Assembly (NCBI GenBank): GCA_030696465.1
Contig: JAUYSE010000200.1
Coordinates: 1 to 41,043, forward strand
Origin: Legionellaceae bacterium
GTDB taxonomy: Bacteria > Pseudomonadota > Gammaproteobacteria > Legionellales > Legionellaceae
Direction: 5' to 3'
Length of the DNA stretch: 41,043 nt
The notes beneath the pieces are model-generated. The model had not been told where the DNA came from. It ran no database searches and saw nothing but the letters and a program-made list of their open reading frames with translations. Made by a program: the position numbers and the translations under genes. Of this stretch, positions 20,879 to 30,863 are shown piece by piece; position 1 is the first letter of the stretch, and each line of letters begins with the position of its first letter.

Positions 20879-23191
20879 TTACACCGCTGAAGACACCGTA
20901 AACTGGAAGAACTGCAGCTTATCCAATGGTTGAGGATTAATTGCTTTCGCAACACTAAACGCTAAAGGACCAAATGGAGAGCGCCACTCTATAGAAAGAC
21001 CGGCAGAATAACGGATAGGTCCCGCATCAGTTCCTTGTAATGCCTCTGGTAATCCATAAGAAAATACGTTACCAGCATCCATAAAGACAGAAGTACGTAC
21101 GGTATCTCGGCTAATTGGATAGGGTAATATCAAAGCCAAGGTTCCACTCGTCAAGAAATTTGCTCCAAGCGAACGACCATAGTTATCTTGTGGCCCAAGA
21201 GAGAAGCTATCATAACCCCGAACTTCACCAGGCTGCGCAATACCACCCGCAAAATAGTTTTCAAAAAATGGCAAACCCTGATTATTATATTGGTTTCCGT
21301 ATGCCACATTGCCTAATACATTAAAAATAAACCCTGAAAACAATGGCTGAAACCAATGAATCATGTACGAGCCTTTATAGTACCGTAATGATTTTTCAGT
21401 CCCCGCTAACGCAGTCAACATACTCAGCTGTTGATTCACCCCACTGGTGGGGAAAGGCATCTGGTCATAGGTATTTCTATTCCAACCACCGGTTAAACGA
21501 ATTTCTTGAAAGTTTCCGCCGTAAAGATCAACAAAGTTCTGAATTTGTAAAACATTTCCCGCATTAGTAATGTTTAAACCTTGATATCCATAACCAAGCT
21601 GTAGACTGCTTTTTTCACTTAGTAAAATATTGTAGTAGGCATCTCCACCAAATTTATCGGAGGAGTAAGCACTAACATCTAAATGCTGTGGATCAACGGT
21701 ACGGAAATAGAAATCAGCGCCAAAACCTATGCCGGTGGTTGTTGCAAAGGGATTGAAGTAATGCATCGTATAGTCTTGTCCCCAATAACTGGCGTTAAAT
21801 CCAATACCCACTGCACGTCCTGTTCCCATAAAATTATGCTGATCAAACGAAGCGTTAAATTGAGGTCCGTTTGTACCATAACCTAACGATGCCTTCGCTT
21901 CTGCTGAAGGACCTTCCTCTACATCAACATCGAGATCTACTTGATTATTCGCATCCGCAACGGGGACTGTTTTTACACTGGCATTTTTTAAGTAACCCAA
22001 CATACGTAATTGTCGTTCAGACTCTTTAATGTTACGTAACGACAACAAGGCACCTTCATCTTGTCGAATAGCGCTGCGTAACACATAATCACCTGTTTTT
22101 GTATTCCCATGAAACTGAATACGCCGCACATATACATGCCGACCAGGCTCAATAATAAAGGTAATGAAGACCGTTTTATGCTCCTCATCAATTCGTGGAT
22201 CAGCTTGTATCACAGGAAAACCATAACCTACGTCACCTAAAGTATCCCCTATCGCAGAAATACTCTCCGTCACTTGTTTGCGTGAGAATACGTTACCAGG
22301 CTGAACTAAAACTTTCTTGCGCATATCCTCAGGAGAAATAACGGTATTACCTTTTAAGGCAAACCCTGAAAAATGATATTGTGCACCTTCTTTCACATGA
22401 ATAGTGATAAAGACGTCTTTTTTATCTGGAGATAACAATACTTGTGAAGATACAATTTTAAAATGAAGATAGCCTCGGTCCATATAGTAAGAACGAATAG
22501 CTTCGAGAGAGGCATCCATTGCGGGTTGTGAATATTGATCTTTTTTGCTGAAATACGTGAAAAAATTGCTGGTAGATAATGACATTTCAGGCAAGAGATC
22601 TGAATCAGAGAATTCTTTATTACCAACAAACGTAATCGTTTTAATTCGAGAAACCCGGCCTTCTGAAATCGTAATGGTAATGGCGACTCGGCTCTCTGTA
22701 AGCGGCGTGACTTGTGTGTTGATACGGGCATTATATTTGCCACGTTCGGTATAGGCTTGTTCCAATTCTTTTTCGAGTCTTTCTAGAACAGCACGTTGAA
22801 AAATGTGACCTTTTACTAAACCTAAATTCTTTAATAACTCTTTCATTGCATCTTTAGGGATTTCTTCATTCCCTACAACAGAAATAGAGCCTATTGTCGC
22901 CCGCTCTACCACGTGAACAATTAAAGTATTGCCTGAGCGAGACAATGAGACTGCTTGAAAGAAGCCTGTATCATATAAGGCACGGATAATTCCTGCGGTT
23001 TGTTCTGGCTCAAGCCGCTCGCCTGCTTGAATCGGCAAATAATTGAGGACCGTTCCTGCATGAACGCGCTCTAAGCCCTTCACTTGAATATCTTGAACTA
23101 CAAAGCCTGTTGCCGCATATGCGGTTAAAGAAAAGCTCAGTATCCAAATACTCAAGCATCGAATAAAAAAAGACGTGTAATTATTTTTCAT
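20879..23191 (-). CDS. bamA: Outer membrane protein assembly factor BamA (Omp85 family)
   Basis: After the signal peptide MKNNYTSFFIRCLSIWILSFSLTAYA, POTRA repeats begin with FVVQDIQVKGLERV. This aligns closely to E. coli BamA as I recall it. A C-terminal beta-barrel follows. I chose the ATG at 23191 over the upstream GTG at 23224. Confidence 0.9.
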   Translation of the reverse strand: MKNNYTSFFIRCLSIWILSFSLTAYAATGFVVQDIQVKGLERVHAGTVLNYLPIQAGERLEPEQTAGIIRALYDTGFFQAVSLSRSGNTLIVHVVERATIGSISVVGNEEIPKDAMKELLKNLGLVKGHIFQRAVLERLEKELEQAYTERGKYNARINTQVTPLTESRVAITITISEGRVSRIKTITFVGNKEFSDSDLLPEMSLSTSNFFTYFSKKDQYSQPAMDASLEAIRSYYMDRGYLHFKIVSSQVLLSPDKKDVFITIHVKEGAQYHFSGFALKGNTVISPEDMRKKVLVQPGNVFSRKQVTESISAIGDTLGDVGYGFPVIQADPRIDEEHKTVFITFIIEPGRHVYVRRIQFHGNTKTGDYVLRSAIRQDEGALLSLRNIKESERQLRMLGYLKNASVKTVPVADANNQVDLDVDVEEGPSAEAKASLGYGTNGPQFNASFDQHNFMGTGRAVGIGFNASYWGQDYTMHYFNPFATTTGIGFGADFYFRTVDPQHLDVSAYSSDKFGGDAYYNILLSEKSSLQLGYGYQGLNITNAGNVLQIQNFVDLYGGNFQEIRLTGGWNRNTYDQMPFPTSGVNQQLSMLTALAGTEKSLRYYKGSYMIHWFQPLFSGFIFNVLGNVAYGNQYNNQGLPFFENYFAGGIAQPGEVRGYDSFSLGPQDNYGRSLGANFLTSGTLALILPYPISRDTVRTSVFMDAGNVFSYGLPEALQGTDAGPIRYSAGLSIEWRSPFGPLAFSVAKAINPQPLDKLQFFQFTVSSAV

Positions 23192-23370
23192 TTTTCTAGT
23201 ACACCAAACGCAATAGATTGCCACCTTTTTACAACGCGAAACTATATACCATATCCTCCCGTTAAGATAGTCCTTTTTAATGATTCCATCATTCTCGCTC
23301 TACCCATATTTTAAAACCCAAAATTCCCGCGTATACTGTGCGGAAGCTCAAGTCCAACCAACGAGTTTTT

Positions 23371-25113
23371 ATGGCAAATTTCCAACATTTGCGGTGTACT
23401 ACTTTATCCAATGCCTGGCGTTTATGCCTGCCGTTTTGGCGTTCTGATGCGCAACGGACTGCCTTATTTTATTTTAGTGCAGCGCTTTTTTGTGTGATAG
23501 GGGGTATCTATACTCGCATTCAACTGAATATCTTCAATAAAGATTTTTACGATGCTTTACAACGCTTCGACCAACCTGCAATAACTCAAGCATTATTCAA
23601 TTTTGTGGGACTCGTCCTCCTCTTACTTTTGTTTTATGGCTATGCTTTTTATTGTAATGGGGTATTAAGCCTCCGCTGGAGACAGTGGTTAACCCATCAT
23701 TACCTTCTCCGTTGGCTTAAGCATGCAAGCTATTACCGTTTAAATTTCCTCAATATTGAAAATCTTGATCAACGCATCAGCGAAGATTTAGAGCAATTAG
23801 CGGATATAACGATAAACCTTATTACGCTTATTTTTTCTGAGTTACTCTCTTTTATTTCTTTTGCTTATATTCTATGGAAACTATCTCATGAATTTTCTGT
23901 ATCTGTATTTGGTCTACATTTTTCAGGGTATTTACTTTGGGCAACTCTATTATATGGGCTATTTGGCCTAGGGATTACCTATTGGATTGGTAACAAACTA
24001 TCAGGCTTGGACTATCAGCAACAACAATTCAGCGCCCATTTTCGCTATGCACTCATCAGAATACGCGAATACAGTGAGCAAATCGCTTTATATGGTGGCG
24101 AGAACCTAGAAAAAATTAAATTAACACAAGCCTTTCAATGTATTGTGTCGAATGCTTTCGCTATTCTTGAACTACGAAAACGACTCACTTTTTTTAATAA
24201 CGGATATAATCACATATCTTTAGTTCTCGGTATTTTTTTAGCCATTCCACTCTATCTACAACAAAAAATCGCCTTAGGTGTTCTGATGCAACTTTCTGCT
24301 GCATTTAGCGCCACCATTGCCTCTATGGCCGTCTTGATGGAAAGTTATGTACTTATTGCACAATGGAGGGCAGTGGTGTCGCGTTTAACGGAGTTTGAAA
24401 AAACCATAGATGCCGTAGAGGCTATACCTTCCCCCATAAAACGGCATAGTCATTCCAGTATTCTTCTGCGCTCACTAAACATCCATTTGCCTTGTGGAAA
24501 ACCGCTATGCTCTTTCCATAATCTCCATATCCCTCAAGGCAGCACTTGGTTAATTACCGGGCCAGCCGGTTCTGGAAAAAGTACTTTGTTGCGTGTTCTA
24601 GCAGGGATTTGGCCGTACAGCACAGGACATATTTATTTTCCAAAAAACGCAAGCACCTTATTTTTATCCCAAAAACCTTACTTACCCTTGGGCACCTTTC
24701 GAGAACTATTGTATTACCCCGGTAAGATAAATGTCGCAGAAGAGCCTGTTTTGTGCGATATATTACAATGTTGTCAACTGGAGTCGTTCGGTGTGTATTT
24801 AGATGAGCAGCGTTCTTGGTCGGATATTTTATCGCAAGGGGAACAACAACGTGTTGCTTTCGCACGTATTTTTTTAAATAGGCCGGATATTGTTTTTTTA
24901 GATGAAGCTACCTCTGCATTAGATGAGACCAGTGAGCACTGGCTCTACACACAAGTGCGCCAACAACTACCTCAAAGTACTCTCATTAGTGTTGGGCATA
25001 GACAAAGCTTGCTAACGCAGCATGAATATCTATTATCTTTTACCTCGTCTAAGCTAAAAATAAACTCTACTGCCGCCTGCTTAGAGGAGTTACGGAATCA
25101 ATATTTCACCTAA
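23371..25113 (+). CDS. ABC transporter, fused permease/ATPase of the YddA/SbmA-BacA (ABC_membrane_2) type
   Basis: The N-terminal TM domain has the NLDQRISEDLEQL motif. The C-terminal NBD has Walker A GPAGSGKST, signature LSQGEQQR and Walker B IVFLDEATSALD. The ATG at 23371 is preferred because a TATACT hexamer sits at 23332-23337, right against the alternative GTG at 23338. Confidence 0.85.
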   Translation: MANFQHLRCTTLSNAWRLCLPFWRSDAQRTALFYFSAALFCVIGGIYTRIQLNIFNKDFYDALQRFDQPAITQALFNFVGLVLLLLLFYGYAFYCNGVLSLRWRQWLTHHYLLRWLKHASYYRLNFLNIENLDQRISEDLEQLADITINLITLIFSELLSFISFAYILWKLSHEFSVSVFGLHFSGYLLWATLLYGLFGLGITYWIGNKLSGLDYQQQQFSAHFRYALIRIREYSEQIALYGGENLEKIKLTQAFQCIVSNAFAILELRKRLTFFNNGYNHISLVLGIFLAIPLYLQQKIALGVLMQLSAAFSATIASMAVLMESYVLIAQWRAVVSRLTEFEKTIDAVEAIPSPIKRHSHSSILLRSLNIHLPCGKPLCSFHNLHIPQGSTWLITGPAGSGKSTLLRVLAGIWPYSTGHIYFPKNASTLFLSQKPYLPLGTFRELLYYPGKINVAEEPVLCDILQCCQLESFGVYLDEQRSWSDILSQGEQQRVAFARIFLNRPDIVFLDEATSALDETSEHWLYTQVRQQLPQSTLISVGHRQSLLTQHEYLLSFTSSKLKINSTAACLEELRNQYFT

Positions 25114-25929
25114 ACGCACGCTCTGATCTTTTTTAAGGCTGTGGCGCCAATGCATATTTGTCTGAGGGGGTAACAACATAATCACCGTAGATCCTAAAGA
25201 AAAGTACCCCATTTCATCCCCTTGAGCCAATATAACGGAAGACTTTTCTGGATTCACTTGATGAAGAATTTTATTTGAACGCGGAACAGTACCTCCCCAC
25301 GTGGTGGTCATAGAGCCCACAATCGTGGCACCGACCATCACCATCGCCAAAGGACCAAATCGTGTATCAAATAGACAAACTAAGCGCTCATTGCGAGCAA
25401 ATAATTTAGGGATATGCTTGGCCGTGAACGGCTGCACAGAAAATAATTTTCCAGGAATGTAGGTTGTACTGACTAAGGTTCCTTGAATAGGCATATGTAT
25501 ACGATGATAATCTTTAGGGGCAAGATACAACGTGGTGAAAAGACCATTTTTAAAAGGGGCTGTTGCAACATGAGGAGTCAAAAGCTCCTCTAGTGTATAT
25601 GTTCGCCCTTTTGCTTGAAATATTTGTTGATTTTTGATTTCGCCGATGGCACTGATTGTACCATCAACGGGGCATATAATTGAGCCCGCTTCTAGAGGGC
25701 GCACTCCAGGCTTTAATGATCGAATAAAAAAATCATTGAAAGTTGCATATTCTTCAGGGGTTTCATGTACGGCTTCTTGTAAATTAACCTTGAAGTGTCG
25801 AGCAAAAGCTCGAATTAGGCTGTTTTTAAACCAAGGCGTTGTCATACTTGCCGCTTGACCGGCCAAAGTGGTTAAAAACCGCTTTGGTAGTAAATAGTGA
25901 CCTAACAGACGCAAAGAATCAGTTATCAT
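25090..25929 (-). CDS. psd: Phosphatidylserine decarboxylase proenzyme
   Basis: 279 aa. The N-terminus aligns with E. coli Psd (YLLPKRFLTTLAGQAAS), and the LGST self-cleavage site (FSLGSTVIML) is present. Confidence 0.93.
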   Translation of the reverse strand: MITDSLRLLGHYLLPKRFLTTLAGQAASMTTPWFKNSLIRAFARHFKVNLQEAVHETPEEYATFNDFFIRSLKPGVRPLEAGSIICPVDGTISAIGEIKNQQIFQAKGRTYTLEELLTPHVATAPFKNGLFTTLYLAPKDYHRIHMPIQGTLVSTTYIPGKLFSVQPFTAKHIPKLFARNERLVCLFDTRFGPLAMVMVGATIVGSMTTTWGGTVPRSNKILHQVNPEKSSVILAQGDEMGYFSLGSTVIMLLPPQTNMHWRHSLKKDQSVRLGEILIP

Positions 25930-26073
25930 TATATAATCACAAGAGTATTATTGCGGAAAAAAGAAAGGGCCAATCAGTGTGTCGCCAATTGACCCAGTGG
26001 AATGACACATAGCAAGTCCAACCTCGCAGCGCGCATAATAAATGTTTTATCGCATCCTCGTCAAGACAAAAAT

Positions 26074-26253
26074 CAGCTATTCCCGCTCAACCCCAAAACG
26101 CTGCCAACAAGGCTTATTGAATAAAGGGCTTTCGTAGACCTTCACCGCGCAAGGACGCGCGGTGAGAGCGTCAGGATGACTTTATGCGTGTTTACGAAAG
26201 CCCTTTATTCAATAAGCCTTGGTACCACTAATATAATCAGGCGGGAATTCCTT
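26074..26253. mobile_element. Family-2 MITE-like element, full copy (180 bp) in the psd/aroQ divergent intergenic region
   Basis: Outer inverted repeat attcccgc (26079-26086) / gcgggaat (26241-26248). Perfect 29-bp inner arms at 26108-26136 and 26193-26221. Central 9-bp hairpin tcaccgcgc/gcgcggtga. Flanked by the 9-bp direct repeat gacaaaaat (26065-26073 and 26254-26262). Confidence 0.8.
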
Positions 26254-26329
26254 GACAAAAATCAGCACCTATAGACAGAATTCGTAATATCAGGCAAAAT
26301 CCCTCATCCTTTTTTTATGGTCATAATAT

Positions 26330-26767
26330 ATGATAATCATCGATCTTATCCATGGTCCGAATCTAAACCGTTTAGGTGAAAGAGAATCACATCTTTATGG
26401 TAGTATGACCCTAAATGCGCTTAATGAGCGCATGCAACAAAAGGCCAGCGCACAAAAAGCTCGCTTACTGACCTTTCAAAGTAATCATGAGGGAGCACTC
26501 ATAGATTATATCCATGAAGCACCCAAACGTGGTGTACATCATATTATTTTTAACCCTGCGGCTTTTACACATACTAGCATTGCGTTACGAGATGCTTTAC
26601 TATCAATAGCAACTCCTTTTATTGAAGTGCATATTACAAACTTGTCAAGTCGCGAACAATTTAGACAATGCTCCTATTTTTCTGATATCGCACAAGGCGT
26701 TATTAGTGGTTTTGGCGTCCACGGGTATTTGCTCGCCTTAGAAGCCATTCTTCAATCTTCCTTTTAA
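26330..26767 (+). CDS. aroQ: 3-dehydroquinate dehydratase, type II
   Basis: 145 aa with [11 protein letters not shown] and [14 protein letters not shown] motifs, in the conserved aroQ-accB-accC arrangement. Confidence 0.92.
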   Translation: MIIIDLIHGPNLNRLGERESHLYGSMTLNALNERMQQKASAQKARLLTFQSNHEGALIDYIHEAPKRGVHHIIFNPAAFTHTSIALRDALLSIATPFIEVHITNLSSREQFRQCSYFSDIAQGVISGFGVHGYLLALEAILQSSF

Positions 26768-26781
26768 ACGAGAGTACAATC

Positions 26782-27234
26782 ATGGATATACGAGAAATCC
26801 AAAAACTCATTAAAATTTTACAAGACAGTGACCTTGCAGAAATAGAAATTAAAAAAGGCGAAGAGTCTGTTCGCTTAACCCGCAATCACCATTCAGCCCC
26901 TGTATATCAGGCGCCAGTCCAAACAGCCAGTATAGTGGTTCCTAAAACCACTGGATCCTCTCCTGCTCCTGAGAGTGTTGCAGAGAGCCTTCCGCCCCAA
27001 GGACATATTGTACGTTCCCCTATGGTAGGGACACTTTATGTATCCTCCTCTCCAGAGGCAGCACCTTTTGTCACGATGGGCCAAACCGTACAAGCAGGCC
27101 AAACCTTGTGTATCATTGAAGCCATGAAAATGTTTAACGAGATCGAAGCAGATAAATCAGGGAAAATCGTCTCTATTTTAGTCGCGAATGGTGATCCTAT
27201 TGAGTACGATCAACCCCTTTTTGTTATAGAATAA
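26782..27234 (+). CDS. accB: Acetyl-CoA carboxylase biotin carboxyl carrier protein
   Basis: 150 aa with a Pro/Ala linker and the biotinylation motif [15 protein letters not shown]. Confidence 0.95.
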   Translation: MDIREIQKLIKILQDSDLAEIEIKKGEESVRLTRNHHSAPVYQAPVQTASIVVPKTTGSSPAPESVAESLPPQGHIVRSPMVGTLYVSSSPEAAPFVTMGQTVQAGQTLCIIEAMKMFNEIEADKSGKIVSILVANGDPIEYDQPLFVIE

Positions 27235-27244
27235 GGAGCTCGAT

Positions 27245-28588
27245 ATGCTCAGTAAAATAGTCATCGCCAACCGTGGAGAAATTGCGCTGCGCATATTACG
27301 CGCTTGTAAAGAACTTGGCATTAAAACGGTTGCGGTGCATTCCGATGTTGATAGAGATCTCCTACATGTCCGCTTGGCAGATGAAAGTGTCTGTATTGGC
27401 CCAGCCGCTTCTCAAAAAAGTTATCTCAATATCCCTGCTATTATTTCAGCAGCTGAAATCACTGATGCAGTGGCTATCCATCCAGGCTATGGATTTTTAT
27501 CTGAAAACGCCGATTTTGCCGATATTGTCGAGCAAAGTGGTTTTTGCTTTATAGGTCCAAGAGCTGAGTCTATTCGACTCATGGGTGACAAAGTTTCTGC
27601 TATCGCAGCCATGAAGGCTGCCGGAGTCCCTTGTGTTCCCGGTTCTGAAGGGGCGGTGACCGAAGATAACAGCAGCTTAGCGATCGCGCGTAAAATAGGC
27701 TATCCTATTATGGTGAAAGCCGCTGGTGGCGGCGGCGGCCGAGGAATGCGTGTGGTCCGCAGCGAAGAGCATCTGCTCAATGCGATTGCTTTAACGCGTA
27801 GTGAGGCACAAGCAGCATTTGGTAACCCAACCGTCTACATGGAAAAATTTTTAGAAAACCCGCGTCATATTGAATTTCAAATTTTAGGGGATGGCAAAGG
27901 CCACGCAGTCCATCTAGGAGAAAGAGATTGCTCCATGCAACGCCGCCATCAAAAAATCATTGAAGAAGCGCCTGCACCTGGCATTTCAGAAGAAATGCGT
28001 AAAGAAATCGGGGCACGTGTTGTACAAGCTTGTTGTGCCATGCAATACCGCGGAGCAGGAACCTTTGAATTCCTCTATGAAAACGGACAATTTTATTTTA
28101 TAGAAATGAATACTCGTATTCAGGTCGAGCACCCTGTTACGGAGCTCATTACTGACATTGATCTTATCAAAGCACAAATTAAAGTTGCCAGTGAACTGCC
28201 TTTCACTTTCAAACAAACAGATATTCAGCTTCGTGGCCATGCTATAGAGTGTCGCATTAATGCGGAAGACCCTCTAAACTTTCGCCCTTCTCCTGGCACT
28301 ATACGTTTACTACATCAACCCGGAGGACCTGGAATACGCTTTGACTCTCACGTATATACCAGCTACACCGTACCTTCGCATTACGACTCCATGATAGGCA
28401 AACTCATTGCTTATGGTAAAGATCGCGAAGAAGCTTTTGCTCGTATGCGTAACGCTCTGGATGAAATAATTATCGATGGAATAAAGACCAATATTCCTTT
28501 ACATCAACGCTTATTACGCGATAAAACCTTCATCCAAGGTGGTACTAACATTCATTATCTAGAACATTTTTTAACGGAACAAGCGTAA
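27245..28588 (+). CDS. accC: Acetyl-CoA carboxylase biotin carboxylase subunit
   Basis: 447-aa ATP-grasp protein ([28 protein letters not shown]). Confidence 0.96.
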   Translation: MLSKIVIANRGEIALRILRACKELGIKTVAVHSDVDRDLLHVRLADESVCIGPAASQKSYLNIPAIISAAEITDAVAIHPGYGFLSENADFADIVEQSGFCFIGPRAESIRLMGDKVSAIAAMKAAGVPCVPGSEGAVTEDNSSLAIARKIGYPIMVKAAGGGGGRGMRVVRSEEHLLNAIALTRSEAQAAFGNPTVYMEKFLENPRHIEFQILGDGKGHAVHLGERDCSMQRRHQKIIEEAPAPGISEEMRKEIGARVVQACCAMQYRGAGTFEFLYENGQFYFIEMNTRIQVEHPVTELITDIDLIKAQIKVASELPFTFKQTDIQLRGHAIECRINAEDPLNFRPSPGTIRLLHQPGGPGIRFDSHVYTSYTVPSHYDSMIGKLIAYGKDREEAFARMRNALDEIIIDGIKTNIPLHQRLLRDKTFIQGGTNIHYLEHFLTEQA

Positions 28589-29457
28589 TGTGGTATGCCC
28601 TACATCTTGAACAAGTCCCCTCAGAAGCCATAGAAGGCCTTTCTGACCTACTAGAACAAATGGAAAGTGTCTCGATTACCTTGCGTGATCAAGGGGACAA
28701 CCCTATTTTTGAACCTGATCCTGGAACCACCCCATTATGGGATCAGCTGGTCTGCTCTGCCTTATTTCTCAGTGCCGATCAAAGAGCTTATGCAAAAAAA
28801 TGTATTTCTGCCTTATACCCTGCTTTTGTTCTTCACGAAGAAGATATTCCCGATACCAACTGGGTAGAAAATTCAAAACAAGGGTTTGAAGCCCAATGTT
28901 TTGGCCAACGTCTTTGGGTGTGCCCATCGTGGATACCACTGAACGTTGAAAATGCCAGTGTGGTAACGCTTGATCCCGGCTTGGCGTTTGGTAGCGGTAC
29001 ACATCCTACTACTAAACTATGCTTACAATGGTTAGATAAACACGACATCACCGACAACATCGTTATCGACTATGGCTGTGGCTCTGGCATTCTCGCACTC
29101 GCGGCTTTACGCCTGGGAGCTAAAAAAGCATTTGCCATTGACATTGATGACCAAGCGTTAGAAGCAACACTACAAAATGCTAATCTCAACCAACTCGCGC
29201 ATCAAATCGAGGTTATGCTGCCTCACGCCTTAGAACACAGCGCCGATCTTCTATTAGCGAACATTCTACTGCAGCCGCTGCTCTCACTAGAAAATATCTT
29301 TTATACTTTTACCAAACCTGGGGGCATCATTGTTCTCACAGGAGTTCTAGAGGATCAAATCCCCTTACTCCTTGAGAAATATCTGACGGATAACTGGACT
29401 TTCATAGAGTCTATTTCTGATGATGGCTGGGCCTTACTCGTTTTCTCAAGAAAATAA
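28588..29457 (+). CDS. prmA: Ribosomal protein L11 methyltransferase
   Basis: 289 aa with the SAM-binding motif DYGCGSGILALAA and LDPGLAFGSGTHPTT. Its ATG overlaps the accC TAA by 1 nt. Confidence 0.92.
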   Translation: MWYALHLEQVPSEAIEGLSDLLEQMESVSITLRDQGDNPIFEPDPGTTPLWDQLVCSALFLSADQRAYAKKCISALYPAFVLHEEDIPDTNWVENSKQGFEAQCFGQRLWVCPSWIPLNVENASVVTLDPGLAFGSGTHPTTKLCLQWLDKHDITDNIVIDYGCGSGILALAALRLGAKKAFAIDIDDQALEATLQNANLNQLAHQIEVMLPHALEHSADLLLANILLQPLLSLENIFYTFTKPGGIIVLTGVLEDQIPLLLEKYLTDNWTFIESISDDGWALLVFSRK

Positions 29458-29471
29458 GCGGAAAACTTATA

Positions 29472-29499
29472 TTGCAATAATAGGTGTGCTCGTTATAAT
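29472..29499 (+). promoter_or_regulatory. Candidate sigma70 promoter for the MFS transporter gene
   Basis: TTGCAA (29472-29477), a 16-nt spacer, then TATAAT (29494-29499), 34 nt upstream of the ATG at 29533. Confidence 0.5.
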
Positions 29500-29532
29500 C
29501 AAAAATTATATAGTTTTAACAGGAAGCAAGCG

Positions 29533-30822
29533 ATGAATACTCTAAAAAACACGCTTATTACCCCAAACATCAAAAACTTAGGTTTTTCCTGGTTAGTATG
29601 GGGCTTAGCCGCCACTTTTTATTTCTCAGACTATCTCGCGCGGGTTGCGCCTAGCGTCATGCATCGCAGTCTTCAAGAAGCGTTTAACATCAATGAAGCA
29701 GGCTTTGGTCTCCTCATTAGCTCTTTTTATATTCCCTATATTTTTATGCAAATTCCTGTGGGGCTGACGGTCGATAGACTCAGTATTCGAAATCTTCTTA
29801 CAGGAATGTCTCTCATCACAGGATTCGGGTGTATCCTATTTGGTTTAGCAAGCACCTTAGAAGTCGCATGTATCGGCCGAATGCTTATTGGATTCAGTGC
29901 TGCTTTCGCTTTTATTAGCGCTTTACGCTTAGCAACTTCTTGGTTCCCACCTCATATGTTAGGTCTACTTGCCGGCCTGACTCAAGCATTAGGAATGTTG
30001 GGTGCATCCACAGGAGAGGCCCCCGTATCTATGCTTGCAGAACTTGTTGGCTGGCGTCATACTATGCTCTTAATGGCAGGCTTGTTTATTATCTTATCGG
30101 CACTACTCTATCACTTTATACACGATCATCCCGATCAAGCACATGATGCGCCTGGCGATAAAACCACCTTATCTATTATTCAAAGCCTAAAAATTGTTTT
30201 GTCTAATAAGCAAACTTGGATAAACGCCTTATATGTCGGTTTCCTCTACGCACCAACCGCGGTCATCGGCGAAGCCATCGGTGCCGCCTACTTACAATAT
30301 GGTCGAGGCCTCTCAAGTCATGGTGCCGCTTTTGCAACAGGACTCATCTTTATTGGCTGGGGGATCAGTGGACCACTGTCTGGTTGGCTATCTGATCGCA
30401 TGGGGAGACGTAAGCCCCTGATGATTTGTTCTGCGCTATGCGGAGTGATTTTTAGTACTTATTTTGTCTTTATCGATTCTTTCAATGAAACAAGTGCCTG
30501 TATTTTATTCTTTTTCTACGGGGTCACCAATATTGGAGTCGCTATCGGCTATGCAGTATCCACAGAAATACATCAACGTGATGTTATTGGGACCTCTATC
30601 GCTTTTACAAATATGAGTTCTATTTTTGTAGGCGCTTGTCTAGTACCTATCGTAGGGTATCTGATTGACAATATTGCTGGGGTACGGGCTTATAATGTAT
30701 CTAAGTTAGTGCTTTCTGATTTTCAATTTGGTTTGCAACTACTGCCACTATGCTCTCTTGTTGCATTGGTTATGGCATTCCGTATTAAAGAAACTTTTTG
30801 TCGCCCGATTATACATTCTTAA
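29533..30822 (+). CDS. Major facilitator superfamily transporter (substrate unknown; a Pht-type amino-acid/nucleoside transporter is possible but unverified)
   Basis: 429 aa with about 12 TM segments and the MFS loop motif WLSDRMGRRKPL. Confidence 0.85.
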   Translation: MNTLKNTLITPNIKNLGFSWLVWGLAATFYFSDYLARVAPSVMHRSLQEAFNINEAGFGLLISSFYIPYIFMQIPVGLTVDRLSIRNLLTGMSLITGFGCILFGLASTLEVACIGRMLIGFSAAFAFISALRLATSWFPPHMLGLLAGLTQALGMLGASTGEAPVSMLAELVGWRHTMLLMAGLFIILSALLYHFIHDHPDQAHDAPGDKTTLSIIQSLKIVLSNKQTWINALYVGFLYAPTAVIGEAIGAAYLQYGRGLSSHGAAFATGLIFIGWGISGPLSGWLSDRMGRRKPLMICSALCGVIFSTYFVFIDSFNETSACILFFFYGVTNIGVAIGYAVSTEIHQRDVIGTSIAFTNMSSIFVGACLVPIVGYLIDNIAGVRAYNVSKLVLSDFQFGLQLLPLCSLVALVMAFRIKETFCRPIIHS

Positions 30823-30859
30823 AAAATGATAGGGTTGGGCTCAAGGCCCAACCCTATCA
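30821..30859. terminator. Intrinsic terminator between convergent MFS gene and typA
   Basis: Perfect 14-bp stem tgatagggttgggc (30827-30840) / gcccaaccctatca (30846-30859) with a 5-nt loop. The A6 run at 30821-30826 gives a U6 tail on the typA (minus) transcript. Confidence 0.8.
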
Positions 30860-30863
30860 AGGG

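Noticed and set aside
23192-23224. GTG-initiated 11-codon extension of bamA
   Set aside because: The ATG at 23191 yields a standard signal peptide (MKNNYTSFFIR...AYA). The extension adds Cys/Trp-rich residues not expected before a signal peptide.
23322-23340. aattcccgcgtatactgtg, which resembles the reverse complement of the family-2 right end (aattcccgcctaattatatcagtg)
   Set aside because: Only about 10 contiguous matching bases, with no arms or central block. This is too weak to call a remnant without a genome-wide consensus.
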